A DNA stretch of 64,000 nt. Source: an uncultured bacterium (GTDB lineage Bacteria > Muiribacteriota > Ozemobacteria > Ozemobacterales > Ozemobacteraceae). Within the stretch, counting starts at the first letter, position 1. Every line of letters starts with the position of its first letter. Of the stretch, positions 45,001-52,654 are shown piece after piece. A model generated the notes under the pieces. The model was not told the origin of the DNA, ran no database searches, and saw only the letters and a program-made list of their open reading frames with translations. The stretch is from contig CAZOMG010000017.1 of assembly GCA_964580875.1 (NCBI GenBank), positions 1 through 64,000 on the forward strand, given 5' to 3'. The translations under genes were made by a program, and so were the position numbers.

Positions 45001-45601
45001 TATTCCGGTAGTTGCCATCAGTGCCTTTGCCTCTGACCAGGAGAAAAACCTGGCCCGCGATGCCGGTGCTAAGGCTTATTTAGGCAAACCTTATTTTCCT
45101 GAAGACCTTTTTGTGATCCTTAAAAACTTGTTGCTTGATCAACCTTGTTCAGGGTTTGGTGCAGCAGATTCTGGCGAATCGACATTCGTTGCCGAAAGGG
45201 TTCTGGAGCCGACTGAACCCAGGCAGGTGACTACTGGTTCTGGCTTGCGGCAGATCAATCGCGAGGAGCTTGAATTGCGGGTTCTGAAAAAGCCCGAGAA
45301 TATTTTGCAGATCAATGAAATTTACCAGCGCCGTTCTCAGATGCTCGTGGCGGCTATCGATGAATGTCTGCAGACATCTGACAGCGCTAAACTTAGAGAT
45401 ACCGCACATTCAATCAAGGGCCTGGCGGGTATGCTTGCCGCTAACACTACTTTTGAACTTGCCCGAGATATCGAAACCCTCAGCCGGGACGGCAAATTTG
45501 CGGAGGCCGCGGCAATGGTTCCAGCGCTGAAGTTGCAATTGCATGATATTTCTCGCGATTTGCTGTTTTTGACTGCCGAAATCGAGAAGAAACTTGTCTG
45601 A
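42053..45601 (+). CDS. hybrid sensor histidine kinase / response regulator (7-TM N-terminal domain, periplasmic sensor, PAS, HisKA, HATPase_c, REC, HPt)
   Basis: 1182 aa. About 230 aa of TM helices are followed by a ~250-aa extracytoplasmic region, another TM helix and a PAS domain. The H-box reads 'FFANASHEIRTPM', with G-boxes 'DTGMGI' and 'GNLGLS'. The REC domain includes 'FLIADDNDINL…ILLDIQMPRLDG', and the C-terminus is an HPt-like helix bundle ('AHSIKGLAGM'). Confidence 0.85.
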   Translation: MLELSDIFRMLPGYYIFIGGICLVVIGALLKAGAPFARDRTSLNWLVTALIALGLGRIFMAFTTLLPDRVFFLFEAVARIVATHAFLEFARQVLATHICNALQVHLPLATALISLYALSAGRASPSLLVVMSLVRLLACWAGIKFASRLPPESRRFGIAAFIVAIPMILVQGVLHLVMANAGIGFSQITEKWLLKFYFDLASLGVIMILVLLAGFAREKAHKLSSPAVQYIPAAIALAIMAVTVFGLHLSHQVALNNFNNSKARLEQAVQSLGKIVDQRIAFVSTASAILAAAPIMSGYLANPDADNFRRLNHFIEAFSQRNPGSICYIMNDSGLVKAASDLKQLFIGKDLSFRRYFQDSMTGKYSLQADVGVLTNTLGFYAGSPIRKDENGPVIGVCAVKRNLDDLDQTFKMYHPAMLIDASGTVILASNRSLLGTSLPSLAGISSTVKPFAETKVDLPGIDANQYLFGLATLELLNCRMIMLLPSDAGFNQSWVFSIILLIVIVFLAVLSSFTRHIESVRSIEAAQNHFKALFENAPESILVVSVPGLKVVEANQSMLRQFQLQALPVGLLYPALMPQGRLKITNAWHSVSKQMFKHQREFRKQGGEIFFAEVIGSVIDFNGEKSLLLILHDITVHHEVENRLREAKNAAEEANSLKARFFANASHEIRTPMTAIIGLTELAVDACQEEKLKRLIELIRTSSKAMLTLLNDILELAQIESGKLAINPVQFNLPLLLHDLIEIIRFQAEKNAVRAELKVAATIPEIVIADPDRIRQILLNLLANAVRFTRHGVISLTADLSTDRNGHYSVDFMVSDTGMGISDEMKRNLFGAFVFNDPFVKNDAQNGNLGLSISKQLIDLMGGSINVDSRPGEGTTFRVSIPVACKDIATPGVHASPLLNLELIRDGRPLHFLIADDNDINLFLASSIIERFKGTSQCVNDGVEVLEAVGKSSYDAILLDIQMPRLDGIATLKELQKTTAASIPVVAISAFASDQEKNLARDAGAKAYLGKPYFPEDLFVILKNLLLDQPCSGFGAADSGESTFVAERVLEPTEPRQVTTGSGLRQINREELELRVLKKPENILQINEIYQRRSQMLVAAIDECLQTSDSAKLRDTAHSIKGLAGMLAANTTFELARDIETLSRDGKFAEAAAMVPALKLQLHDISRDLLFLTAEIEKKLV

Positions 45602-46523
45602 GGTATTCAACAGCGCCAACGCCTACAATAAAAGGCTGTTTGGTGGTCGGGTTCAGAAGATACCGCTAGATGCAGGCTTTTCGTGCCCAAATCGCGATGG
45701 CACTCTTTCTAATGATGGTTGCATCTATTGCTGCAACAAGAGTTTTTCGCCGTTTTACACAGGCAACGGGCAGTCAATTACCGCGCAGTTGCTCGCCGGT
45801 ATTGAGTTTTTCGGTCGGCGTTATAATTGCCAACGTTTTTTGGCCTATTTTCAGAGTTTTTCGGGCACCTATGCGCCCCCTGAGATACTTCGGGCCAGGT
45901 ATGAAGAAGCGCTGGCAGTCAATGGAATCGAAGGTCTGGTGATTGCGACCCGGCCCGATTGCCTGGATGCCACTACAGTCGATCTGTTAAGCGAACTGGC
46001 CCGTCGGGTAAATCTAAGAGTTGAACTCGGGGTAGAATCTTTTGACGACCGGGTATTGCGGGTGATTAATCGTTGTCACGATTCGCATGCAATTTTTCAG
46101 GCCGTTGAACTGCTGCGGCAGGCAGGTATTGAGACCTGCATTCATCTTATTTTTGGGCTGCCGTATGAAGATGAGCGTTGCGTAGAAGAGTCGGCACGCC
46201 TTGTTTCAGAGTCTGGGGCATCTCTGGTAAAACTTCATCACTTGCAGGTGATTGCCGGAACCAGACTGGCAGCGATGCTCGAACGCGGCGAAATTGATGT
46301 GCGTCTGCACAGCGTCGATTCGTTTCTTGAAGTCGCGGTGCGCTTTATCACGCATCTTTCGCCGGTTCTGTTTGTTGAAAGGTTTATCAACCGCGTTCCG
46401 GAGCCTTTTCTTGTGGCGCCGCGGTGGGGCGGCATCACTGGCAGCGAATTTGAGTCGAGATTGCAGAAAAAACTTGTTTCTCAGGGGCTTTTTCAGGGGT
46501 CAAATTCTGGCATTTTGCGTTGA
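45594..46523 (+). CDS. TIGR01212-family radical SAM protein (YhcC-like)
   Basis: '…KIPLDAGFSCPNRDGTLSNDGCIYC…' is the characteristic C-x-N-R-D-G…C-x2-C cluster. The TTG start overlaps the kinase stop and the exact start is uncertain. Confidence 0.7.
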   Translation: MSEVFNSANAYNKRLFGGRVQKIPLDAGFSCPNRDGTLSNDGCIYCCNKSFSPFYTGNGQSITAQLLAGIEFFGRRYNCQRFLAYFQSFSGTYAPPEILRARYEEALAVNGIEGLVIATRPDCLDATTVDLLSELARRVNLRVELGVESFDDRVLRVINRCHDSHAIFQAVELLRQAGIETCIHLIFGLPYEDERCVEESARLVSESGASLVKLHHLQVIAGTRLAAMLERGEIDVRLHSVDSFLEVAVRFITHLSPVLFVERFINRVPEPFLVAPRWGGITGSEFESRLQKKLVSQGLFQGSNSGILR

Positions 46524-46683
46524 ATATCTGGCACTTGTGCAAAAAATACACGTTATAAAAAGGTGCAACAGATTCGAGAAGACCCACCAGCAAAAGCGTT
46601 AACAAATTAGCTGCAAATGCCGAAAGGCTGGTACAACAATTGCATATTATTACATCATGATTATCAAGGTCGGTGAAGCAGGT

Positions 46684-46914
46684 ATGAAAAAAACCACATT
46701 GGTTGCTCTGCTGTTTTTGGCCTCGCTCTATTCAGGGCTGGCTTTTTCATGCCCCGACACTCTCAGCCCCAGTCGTATTCTTCAGGTTCTTGCTGCCCTG
46801 TATGCTCCTTCAGAACCAGATAAAAATGATCGTTTCATGACTTTCGGCCGAGAACACACCGACACACAAGCCCAGCCTGAGGCTGGTGCGGTCGCCAGAA
46901 CATTTCACAAGTAA
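46684..46914 (+). CDS. small secreted hypothetical protein
   Basis: The internal ATG gives the signal peptide 'MKKTTLVALLFLASLYSGLAFSCP'. It is followed by a terminator. Confidence 0.3.
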   Translation: MKKTTLVALLFLASLYSGLAFSCPDTLSPSRILQVLAALYAPSEPDKNDRFMTFGREHTDTQAQPEAGAVARTFHK

Positions 46915-46950
46915 TTCAGAGCTCAGCAAACCTCAACCAGCAGTAAGCAA

Positions 46951-46976
46951 AAAACCGCATTCGCGGTTTTTTTTTA
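46951..46976. terminator. bidirectional terminator hairpin (AAAACCGC-ATTC-GCGGTTTT)
   Basis: A short GC stem flanked by A- and T-runs lies between two convergent genes. The T-run overlaps the M48 gene stop. Confidence 0.4.
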
Positions 46977-47831
46977 TTTTTCAGAGGTGCTGGTGGCTTC
47001 GGCCTGCGGTGCAGATTTCCAGAAAACCGGCTTAACGCTGCCTATCTGATAGTGATTGTTGGCAGTGAGTTGTTCAATAGCCTTGATTCGCTTCGCTGAT
47101 GCGGGGTGCGTTGACAGATAGTGCACCAGATCGGGCAGGCTTTCACGGGCGGCCAGGCGGGTGAAAAAATCGCTGGCGCCACCAGAATGCCCGTAATGTT
47201 TGACCAGCAGATGCAACGCAAAGGCGTCAGCGGCGTATTCCTGCTCCCGGGAGTAGTTGTTTTGCAGTATTCCTGACGAATTCATCAGTGATTTGGTCGC
47301 GGAGCTGTCACCTAAAAAAACGTTTGCCACGATAAAGAATAGAAAACTACGCCCCAGGCCGCGCAGATGATCGCGGCTGACGAAATGACCAAGCTCATGG
47401 GCGAGAACCATCGCCAGTTCATTTTCTGACTCGATCTGTTCGAGAAGTTCGGAATAAATAACAATGTGGCCGCCAGGCAGTGCCAGAGCGTTTATGTCTT
47501 TTTCGACGACAACGCTGACCTTGAATTTCCTTGAATTGTTTTCGATTTTATCGGCCAGAGAATCAAGCAGTTGCTGAATTTCGGCAGTTTTGAAGTTGTC
47601 GGTATTTTTGCGGGTGGCACTGACTTCTTCCATTATGGGGGCGGCAAGCGCGTCTTCCCAGCTTGGGGGGATATAGGGCACCACAAAATCTACGAGCAGG
47701 CCGAGCACCAGATAGACGCCCAGACCGAGCAGCACCACCTGAAACATGACGCGCAGGCCGGCAGAGAATGTTGAATAGGGCGAGACATTGATGTTTTCGT
47801 CTTCTTCAACCAGTCTGGCTACGAATTTCAT
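46974..47831 (-). CDS. M48-family zinc metallopeptidase (HtpX-like) with N-terminal TM helix
   Basis: HExxH in 'MVLAHELGHFVSRDH'. A TM helix reads 'VMFQVVLLGLGVYLVLGLLVDFV'. I placed the start at the ATG at 47829-47831, 1 nt after the upstream YbjQ stop. Confidence 0.65.
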   Translation of the reverse strand: MKFVARLVEEDENINVSPYSTFSAGLRVMFQVVLLGLGVYLVLGLLVDFVVPYIPPSWEDALAAPIMEEVSATRKNTDNFKTAEIQQLLDSLADKIENNSRKFKVSVVVEKDINALALPGGHIVIYSELLEQIESENELAMVLAHELGHFVSRDHLRGLGRSFLFFIVANVFLGDSSATKSLMNSSGILQNNYSREQEYAADAFALHLLVKHYGHSGGASDFFTRLAARESLPDLVHYLSTHPASAKRIKAIEQLTANNHYQIGSVKPVFWKSAPQAEATSTSEK

Positions 47832-47832
47832 T

Positions 47833-48321
47833 TTATTGCCTGGCGTAACGGATTGCGGTGCCATAGGCGACGACTTCCACGATGCCCATTGGTTCTCCGC
47901 CGGCATTGTGCCCAACGCTCATGGTATCCATGCGGAAATTAATGACTTCGTCGGCCTGCATTTTGGCAGCGCTTTCTTTCATGCGCAGTACGGCTTCGCG
48001 ACGCGCCCGGTCGAGAGGTGCCTCAAAAACCGAAATGCGGCCCCCGACCAGGTTAACCAGAGAAGCGATGTAGCGTTTGAAAGGGTCTGAGCCGATAACG
48101 ACCTGACCCGTAACCAGCATGATTGATTCAACGTGTCGGGTTTCGTCGATGGTATCTGAAGGCGAAAAAGGCAATTTGCTGAACCGGGCTTCGCGTTCTT
48201 TAATAGAAACGTAATGCTTGTTTTCGAAGTGCTTGCCGATCTTATACCAGAAATAGAGCGGCACCGCGGTAAACAGAACAAAAAAGAGCACCGTCATTAC
48301 CAGTTCTGCCATGCTATCCAT
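47833..48321 (-). CDS. YbjQ/DUF74 (UPF0145) family protein with N-terminal TM helix
   Basis: An N-terminal TM helix 'LVMTVLFFVLFTAVPLYFWY' is followed by the YbjQ fold ('…VTGQVVIGSD…GEPMGIVEVVAYGTAI'). Confidence 0.65.
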   Translation of the reverse strand: MDSMAELVMTVLFFVLFTAVPLYFWYKIGKHFENKHYVSIKEREARFSKLPFSPSDTIDETRHVESIMLVTGQVVIGSDPFKRYIASLVNLVGGRISVFEAPLDRARREAVLRMKESAAKMQADEVINFRMDTMSVGHNAGGEPMGIVEVVAYGTAIRYARQ

Positions 48322-48323
48322 AA

Positions 48324-48674
48324 TCAGGCCACCTTTACGGCGGTTCCGTAGACATAGATTTCGGCAGCGCCCTGGGCGACCGAAGAAGTTGAAAACCTGA
48401 TGTTGATGACGGCATTGGCGCCAAGTTTTTTGGCCTGGGCTACCATGCGTTCAGTGGCTTCCTGGCGGGATTCATTGAGAAGCTCGGTATAGGTAGTCAA
48501 TTCGCCGCCAAACAGGTTTTTGATGCCAGCCATGAAATCTTTGCCGACGTGTTTGGCGCGAATGGTCGAACCGGCGACCAGCCCGTAATGCTCGACTATT
48601 TCACGACCTGGTACTCGGTCGATGTTGGTGAGAATGAGTCTGCCAGGCAGGTCTTTACGTTCCAGATTTTCCAT
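48324..48674 (-). CDS. YbjQ/DUF74 (UPF0145) family protein (soluble)
   Basis: 116 aa reading 'RLILTNIDRVPGREIVEHYGLVAGSTIRAKHVGKDFMAGIKNLFGGE…AAEIYVYGTAVKV'. Its stop lies 2 nt before the downstream gene's start. Confidence 0.7.
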   Translation of the reverse strand: MENLERKDLPGRLILTNIDRVPGREIVEHYGLVAGSTIRAKHVGKDFMAGIKNLFGGELTTYTELLNESRQEATERMVAQAKKLGANAVINIRFSTSSVAQGAAEIYVYGTAVKVA

Positions 48675-48806
48675 GTTGATTCCTCCCGAAATTTTTTAAC
48701 TGCAGCCATTCTATCTCAGATCAGTAAAATTTTCATTCTTAAAAACCAGCCGCCGGTTGGTGCGGTATAATATTATTCAAGAGATGTTTTTTTAAGGAGT
48801 TATTTC

Positions 48807-49715
48807 ATGAAACTGCGCCTGATTTTGCTGGCCCTGTTCTCTGGAATCTTTTGCAGCCACGGTCTATGGGCTGCGAACCCGTTTGCTGCCGATACGGTCA
48901 AGGTCAGTGATGGGGCGGCAACTCTGACGCAGGCTCCGGGCACGGCGATCATCAAAGCCAGTCAGAGTTTGATTAAGCTGCGGGCCGGCGGGTACAATAT
49001 TGCCCATGCGCGGGGTGAAGAATCTGGCGGCCTGAATGAGATCGGAAAGCCTTCAAAACTGAAAGGGATTGCCCGGCTGGTTAAGAATAACAAGCTTGAT
49101 ATCATAGGTTTTACCGAGATTTCGAAAGGCGATATGCGCGTTCTTTTCAGAAACCAGCCAAAATTCATCGCCGAATATCTTGGTTATCATCATGTTTATG
49201 CTGAAAATTTCAGGCGCGGCCTGCTTGCAACCCAGGGTAATGCTCTGGTTACCAGGTTTCCAATTGTTTCGCATCAGAACCATTTATTGTACCGCAACGA
49301 CGCATCGCATGAACAAAGAGGTTGTCTTGAAGCGATTCTCGATCTCGGCAAGGCTGGTCGCATAATGGTTCTGGTGGCTCACCTCAGTCTTGTTAAAGAA
49401 GAAGCGACCCGGCAGATCGAAGAAATCTGGAATATTGCCCGGGCAAGTCGTTACCCGGTAATTCTATGTGGTGATTTCAATTCACGACCGAAATCTGAGC
49501 GCATAAAATGGCTTTCAGAGCAGATGAAAGACGCTTCAGCCAATCTGAACACCACATACAAAAACCTCCCGGATGTAAAAATAGACTATCTTTTTATTTA
49601 TGGTCCATGGCGCCATGGGGTGAGCAAGGTAACCGGTTTTGACCTTGATTATTCAGATCATGGTCTGCTTTATAACGATTTCTGGCTGATGAAGAACCCT
49701 GTGAAAGCAAACTAG
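48807..49715 (+). CDS. secreted endonuclease/exonuclease/phosphatase (EEP) family protein
   Basis: RBS AAGGAG. Signal peptide 'MKLRLILLALFSGIFCSHGLWA'. 'ILCGDFNSRP' and the C-terminal 'DYSDHGLL' are EEP catalytic motifs. Confidence 0.7.
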   Translation: MKLRLILLALFSGIFCSHGLWAANPFAADTVKVSDGAATLTQAPGTAIIKASQSLIKLRAGGYNIAHARGEESGGLNEIGKPSKLKGIARLVKNNKLDIIGFTEISKGDMRVLFRNQPKFIAEYLGYHHVYAENFRRGLLATQGNALVTRFPIVSHQNHLLYRNDASHEQRGCLEAILDLGKAGRIMVLVAHLSLVKEEATRQIEEIWNIARASRYPVILCGDFNSRPKSERIKWLSEQMKDASANLNTTYKNLPDVKIDYLFIYGPWRHGVSKVTGFDLDYSDHGLLYNDFWLMKNPVKAN

Positions 49716-49757
49716 AGCCGACTCAACAGCCCGGTTGTTCTGCGCCCAAGGCTGTGT

Positions 49758-49784
49758 TTGTATTCCTGGCAGTTGTGTTATAAT
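49758..49784 (+). promoter_or_regulatory. putative extended -10 promoter (TTGTAT-15-TGtTATAAT) for cmoAB
   Basis: -35 TTGTAT at 49758-49763 and TG-n-TATAAT at 49776-49784. It lies 32 nt upstream of the cmoA ATG. Confidence 0.4.
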
Positions 49785-49815
49785 GCGCTTTAACTTAACT
49801 TGAGGCGCATTTTTC

Positions 49816-50541
49816 ATGGCAAAAGACCGTATTTTCTCAGAAATTATACAGAAGCCGGCAGATTTTGTTTTTGATGAGCGGGTAGCGGCAGTGTTTCCTG
49901 ATATGTTGCAACGATCTATTCCGGGTTACCCCGCGATTATCAACATGATTGAGACGCTGACGGCCAGATTTGCCCAGCCGGGTTCAAATCTTTATGACCT
50001 CGGTTGCTCGCTCGGGGCAAGTTCGCTGGCAATGCTGAAAGGCCTGCGGGTCGATAACTGCCGTATCATAGGCATAGATAACTCAGAGTCAATGATTGCA
50101 GGTTGTAATAAAATCGCGGCCCGGCCTGGTGACCGTGCTGCCCTTGATTTCATCTGTGAAGACATCAGCAGCAGTTCAATCAAAAATGCCTCGGTGGTGG
50201 TGATGAATTTTACCCTGCAGTTTGTTGACCCTGGCCTGAGAAGCACTCTGCTGCACAAGATCGCTGCTGGTATGCTGCCGGGTGGTGTGCTGGTGCTGTC
50301 TGAAAAAGTGATTTTTGCAGATCAACAGGTCAATGAACTGCTTATCGATGTTTACCACGCCTTCAAGAAAGCTAACGGTTACAGTGATCTCGAAATCAGC
50401 CAGAAACGCACTGCCCTCGAGAAAGTTCTGCTTCCGGAAACTATCGATACCCACGTTCAGCGTCTTCTGGCCGCAGGTTTCAGCAGTGCCAGCGTCTGGT
50501 TTCAATGTTTTAATTTCATGTCGATGCTGGCAATAAAATGA
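49816..50541 (+). CDS. cmoA: carboxy-S-adenosyl-L-methionine synthase
   Basis: 241 aa with a SAM-binding 'YDLGCSLGA' motif and CmoA-type N- and C-terminal segments. It is paired with cmoB through an ATGA overlap. Confidence 0.85.
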   Translation: MAKDRIFSEIIQKPADFVFDERVAAVFPDMLQRSIPGYPAIINMIETLTARFAQPGSNLYDLGCSLGASSLAMLKGLRVDNCRIIGIDNSESMIAGCNKIAARPGDRAALDFICEDISSSSIKNASVVVMNFTLQFVDPGLRSTLLHKIAAGMLPGGVLVLSEKVIFADQQVNELLIDVYHAFKKANGYSDLEISQKRTALEKVLLPETIDTHVQRLLAAGFSSASVWFQCFNFMSMLAIK

Positions 50542-51509
50542 GCTCGCCGTTTGATTTTTCAGATTTTTATAGTTTTCTGCAACAGCGCGGTCTGGGTGAT
50601 TTGCAGCAGCAGTTTTCGACCGGCATCGCGGCGGCTTTGAACCGGCCGGATGGCAACCTGCCCCGCTGGCTCGCTTCTTTGCAGTTGATTCCCGAGGTTC
50701 AGGCCAGGCGCGTGCAGCTTGACTGCGATGCAATAACCGCAGTTGCGGGTGATGACGGGGCTTCAGCTGAAGTTGAGGCCGGGTTGCTTGGTCTTTCGCC
50801 ATGGCGAAAAGGGCCTTTCAGGCTGGGTGGCATTTTAATTGACAGTGAATGGCGCTCCTGCATGAAATGGGAGCGGGTAGCCCCGCACCTGGCAGCGCTA
50901 AAGGGTCGTTTGATTCTCGATGTCGGCTGTGGCAATGGTTACTATCTTTTCCGCATGGCGGGTTCAGGCGCCGAGGCTGTAATCGGCATTGACCCGTCGC
51001 TGCTTTTTCTGGCGCAGTTCACGGCGGTGCAGAGATTCGTCGGTCAAAAAAACGTTTTTATGTTGCCGATCGGCTTTGAAGAGATGCCCACTGACCTTGA
51101 AGTTTTTGACACGGTTTTTTCGATGGGAGTATTTTATCATCGCCGTTCCCCGTTCGATTTTCTGAAAAGTCTGAAGATGCTTCTGAGAAAGGGCGGCGAG
51201 CTGGTTCTCGAAACCCTGGTTATTGAGGGCGACCACCGGCAGGTGCTGGTGCCCCCCGGGCGTTACGCCCGCATGAGCAACGTCTGGTTCATTCCATCTG
51301 TTGAAGCTATGCTTCTCTGGCTCGAAAAGGCCGGGTTCAGTGACGCCCGGGCCGTCGATCTTTGCCCGACTACCATTCATGAGCAGCGATCAACGCGCTG
51401 GATGCCAGGTGAATCTTTTGACTGCTGCCTTGACCGCAACAACCCCGCTCTGACCATTGAAGGTTTGCCGGCACCCCTCAGGGCAGTTTTTATCGCCCGG
51501 CGCCCCTGA
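50538..51509 (+). CDS. cmoB: tRNA U34 carboxymethyltransferase
   Basis: 323 aa with '…SPWRKGPF…LDVGCGNGYY…' and full-length CmoB-type architecture. Confidence 0.85.
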   Translation: MSSPFDFSDFYSFLQQRGLGDLQQQFSTGIAAALNRPDGNLPRWLASLQLIPEVQARRVQLDCDAITAVAGDDGASAEVEAGLLGLSPWRKGPFRLGGILIDSEWRSCMKWERVAPHLAALKGRLILDVGCGNGYYLFRMAGSGAEAVIGIDPSLLFLAQFTAVQRFVGQKNVFMLPIGFEEMPTDLEVFDTVFSMGVFYHRRSPFDFLKSLKMLLRKGGELVLETLVIEGDHRQVLVPPGRYARMSNVWFIPSVEAMLLWLEKAGFSDARAVDLCPTTIHEQRSTRWMPGESFDCCLDRNNPALTIEGLPAPLRAVFIARRP

Positions 51510-51612
51510 AATGTACGGGTACTTGACAAAATTTGCTAAACTTGGCATAAGCAAAGTAGGAACAAGTTTAATCTTCACTGATTTTTCTATGTTTGCAAAG
51601 GAGACCGGCAAG

Positions 51613-51771
51613 GTGAAAACTCAAAAACCAGAAAAGAAAACTTTGAGAAAAATGAAGCGAGAGTATGATGATTTCTTTGACGAGGAGTCGCGCAAAGCGA
51701 AGATCAAAAAGCCGCGCCGCGGCCACAAAGAGCTTCTCTTTGATCCTGAAGAAGATACCACCCCGGAATAA
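51613..51771 (+). CDS. possible small, highly charged protein (52 aa)
   Basis: GTG at 51613 has a near-consensus RBS AAGGAG at 51598-51603 with a 9-nt spacer. The translation is 'VKTQKPEKKTLRKMKREYDDFFDEESRKAKIKKPRRGHKELLFDPEEDTTPE'. The longer ORF-track version from 51457 overlaps cmoB and is unlikely. Confidence 0.3.
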   Translation: MKTQKPEKKTLRKMKREYDDFFDEESRKAKIKKPRRGHKELLFDPEEDTTPE

Positions 51772-51812
51772 AACGCCGTGGTGGCTTGAGAAACCGAAAG
51801 GAAATAAATATT

Positions 51813-52451
51813 ATGAGAACCAGGATTCTGACGGTTGCCCTGGCGCTGGGCCTGGCTTCCATGAGCTGCGATCCGCTCATGGCCGCTTCTTTTTCCGGAA
51901 TGATCAAAGTAACGCGTGATGCCAGTCGCCAGATTACTGGTGCCGTTCTCGAGACCAGCAATCGTGATGGTGCAGGCAACCCGGTGGCTTATAACATCGT
52001 CATGGACGAAAACGGCCGGGCAATTGCCCAGCAGTATGAATACAAAGATATCAAGATCGATGGCATGCTGACCGGCAAAGATATCAAAGCCGACACCTGG
52101 GAAAGCATTGCTGAAGGCTCTTCTAGCTCCTCAAGTTCATCAGGTTCTTCTGCTGGCGAGCCAGAACCAGACCCCGAACCGGCTGCCGGCGATTCAGGTG
52201 ACTCCGGTGACAGCGGTGACTCGGGTGATTCAGGTGACTCCGGTGACTCCGGTGACTCCGGTGACTCTGATACCCCCGACGACAGCGACAAGCCCACTGA
52301 TGACTCTGGTGACAGCGGCACTGACGAAAAACCTGCTGATGACAGCGGCGACACCGACGAGAAACCTGTTGAAGAAACGCCACCTGATGATTCTGGCTCC
52401 AGCAGTTCAGATGACAGCAGTTCGTCTGACGATTCTTCATCCGAAGACTGA
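51813..52451 (+). CDS. secreted acidic low-complexity protein with (D-S-G)n repeats
   Basis: The ATG at 51813 has RBS AAGGAAAT. Signal peptide 'MRTRILTVALALGLASMSC'. A ~100-aa folded N-domain is followed by S8-10, the run 'GDSGDSGDSGDSGDSGDSGDSGDSD', and further D/S/E/P-rich segments. Confidence 0.6.
   Translation: MRTRILTVALALGLASMSCDPLMAASFSGMIKVTRDASRQITGAVLETSNRDGAGNPVAYNIVMDENGRAIAQQYEYKDIKIDGMLTGKDIKADTWESIAEGSSSSSSSSGSSAGEPEPDPEPAAGDSGDSGDSGDSGDSGDSGDSGDSGDSDTPDDSDKPTDDSGDSGTDEKPADDSGDTDEKPVEETPPDDSGSSSSDDSSSSDDSSSED
52191..52271 (+). repeat. in-frame 9-bp tandem repeat (GGTGACTCC variants ×8) encoding (Gly-Asp-Ser)n
   Basis: gattcaGGTGACTCCGGTGACAGCGGTGACTCGGGTGATTCAGGTGACTCC GGTGACTCC GGTGACTCC GGTGACTCTgat. 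Confidence 0.8.
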
Positions 52452-52474
52452 TATCAGCTGAATAGACTTTTCAT

Positions 52475-52516
52475 AATCCAGCCCGGGCCTTGATGGCGTG
52501 GGCTGGATTTTGCTTT
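52475..52516 (+). terminator. rho-independent terminator after the acidic repeat protein gene
   Basis: 10-bp stem AATCCAGCCC / GGGCTGGATT with a 15-nt loop, followed by TTTTGCTTT. It lies 24 nt after the stop. Confidence 0.55.
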
Positions 52517-52654
52517 CCATCAAAGCCTGTTGCCAGTGTCTTTTTTTTGCAGAAAGAAATAAAAGTTTGTGATAGCATTAACAAACAAGACAGCTGATTT
52601 GCTCTGACACAGCTTAATTTGCATTACCGAAGGCATATATCTGGAGGGAATGAA

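Noticed and set aside
51457-51612. Long form (104 aa) of the ORF downstream of cmoB, starting at 51457
   Set aside because: It would overlap the cmoB 3' end by 53 nt in another frame. Only the GTG-initiated 52-codon version has a Shine-Dalgarno.
52517-52654. Possible lysine riboswitch (L-box) in the leader of the lysine-fermentation cluster
   Set aside because: The 138-nt leader is AT-rich and lacks the conserved L-box helices and motifs I would expect, such as the GAGGCGC-type P2/P2a elements. It is also too short for a ~180-nt L-box.
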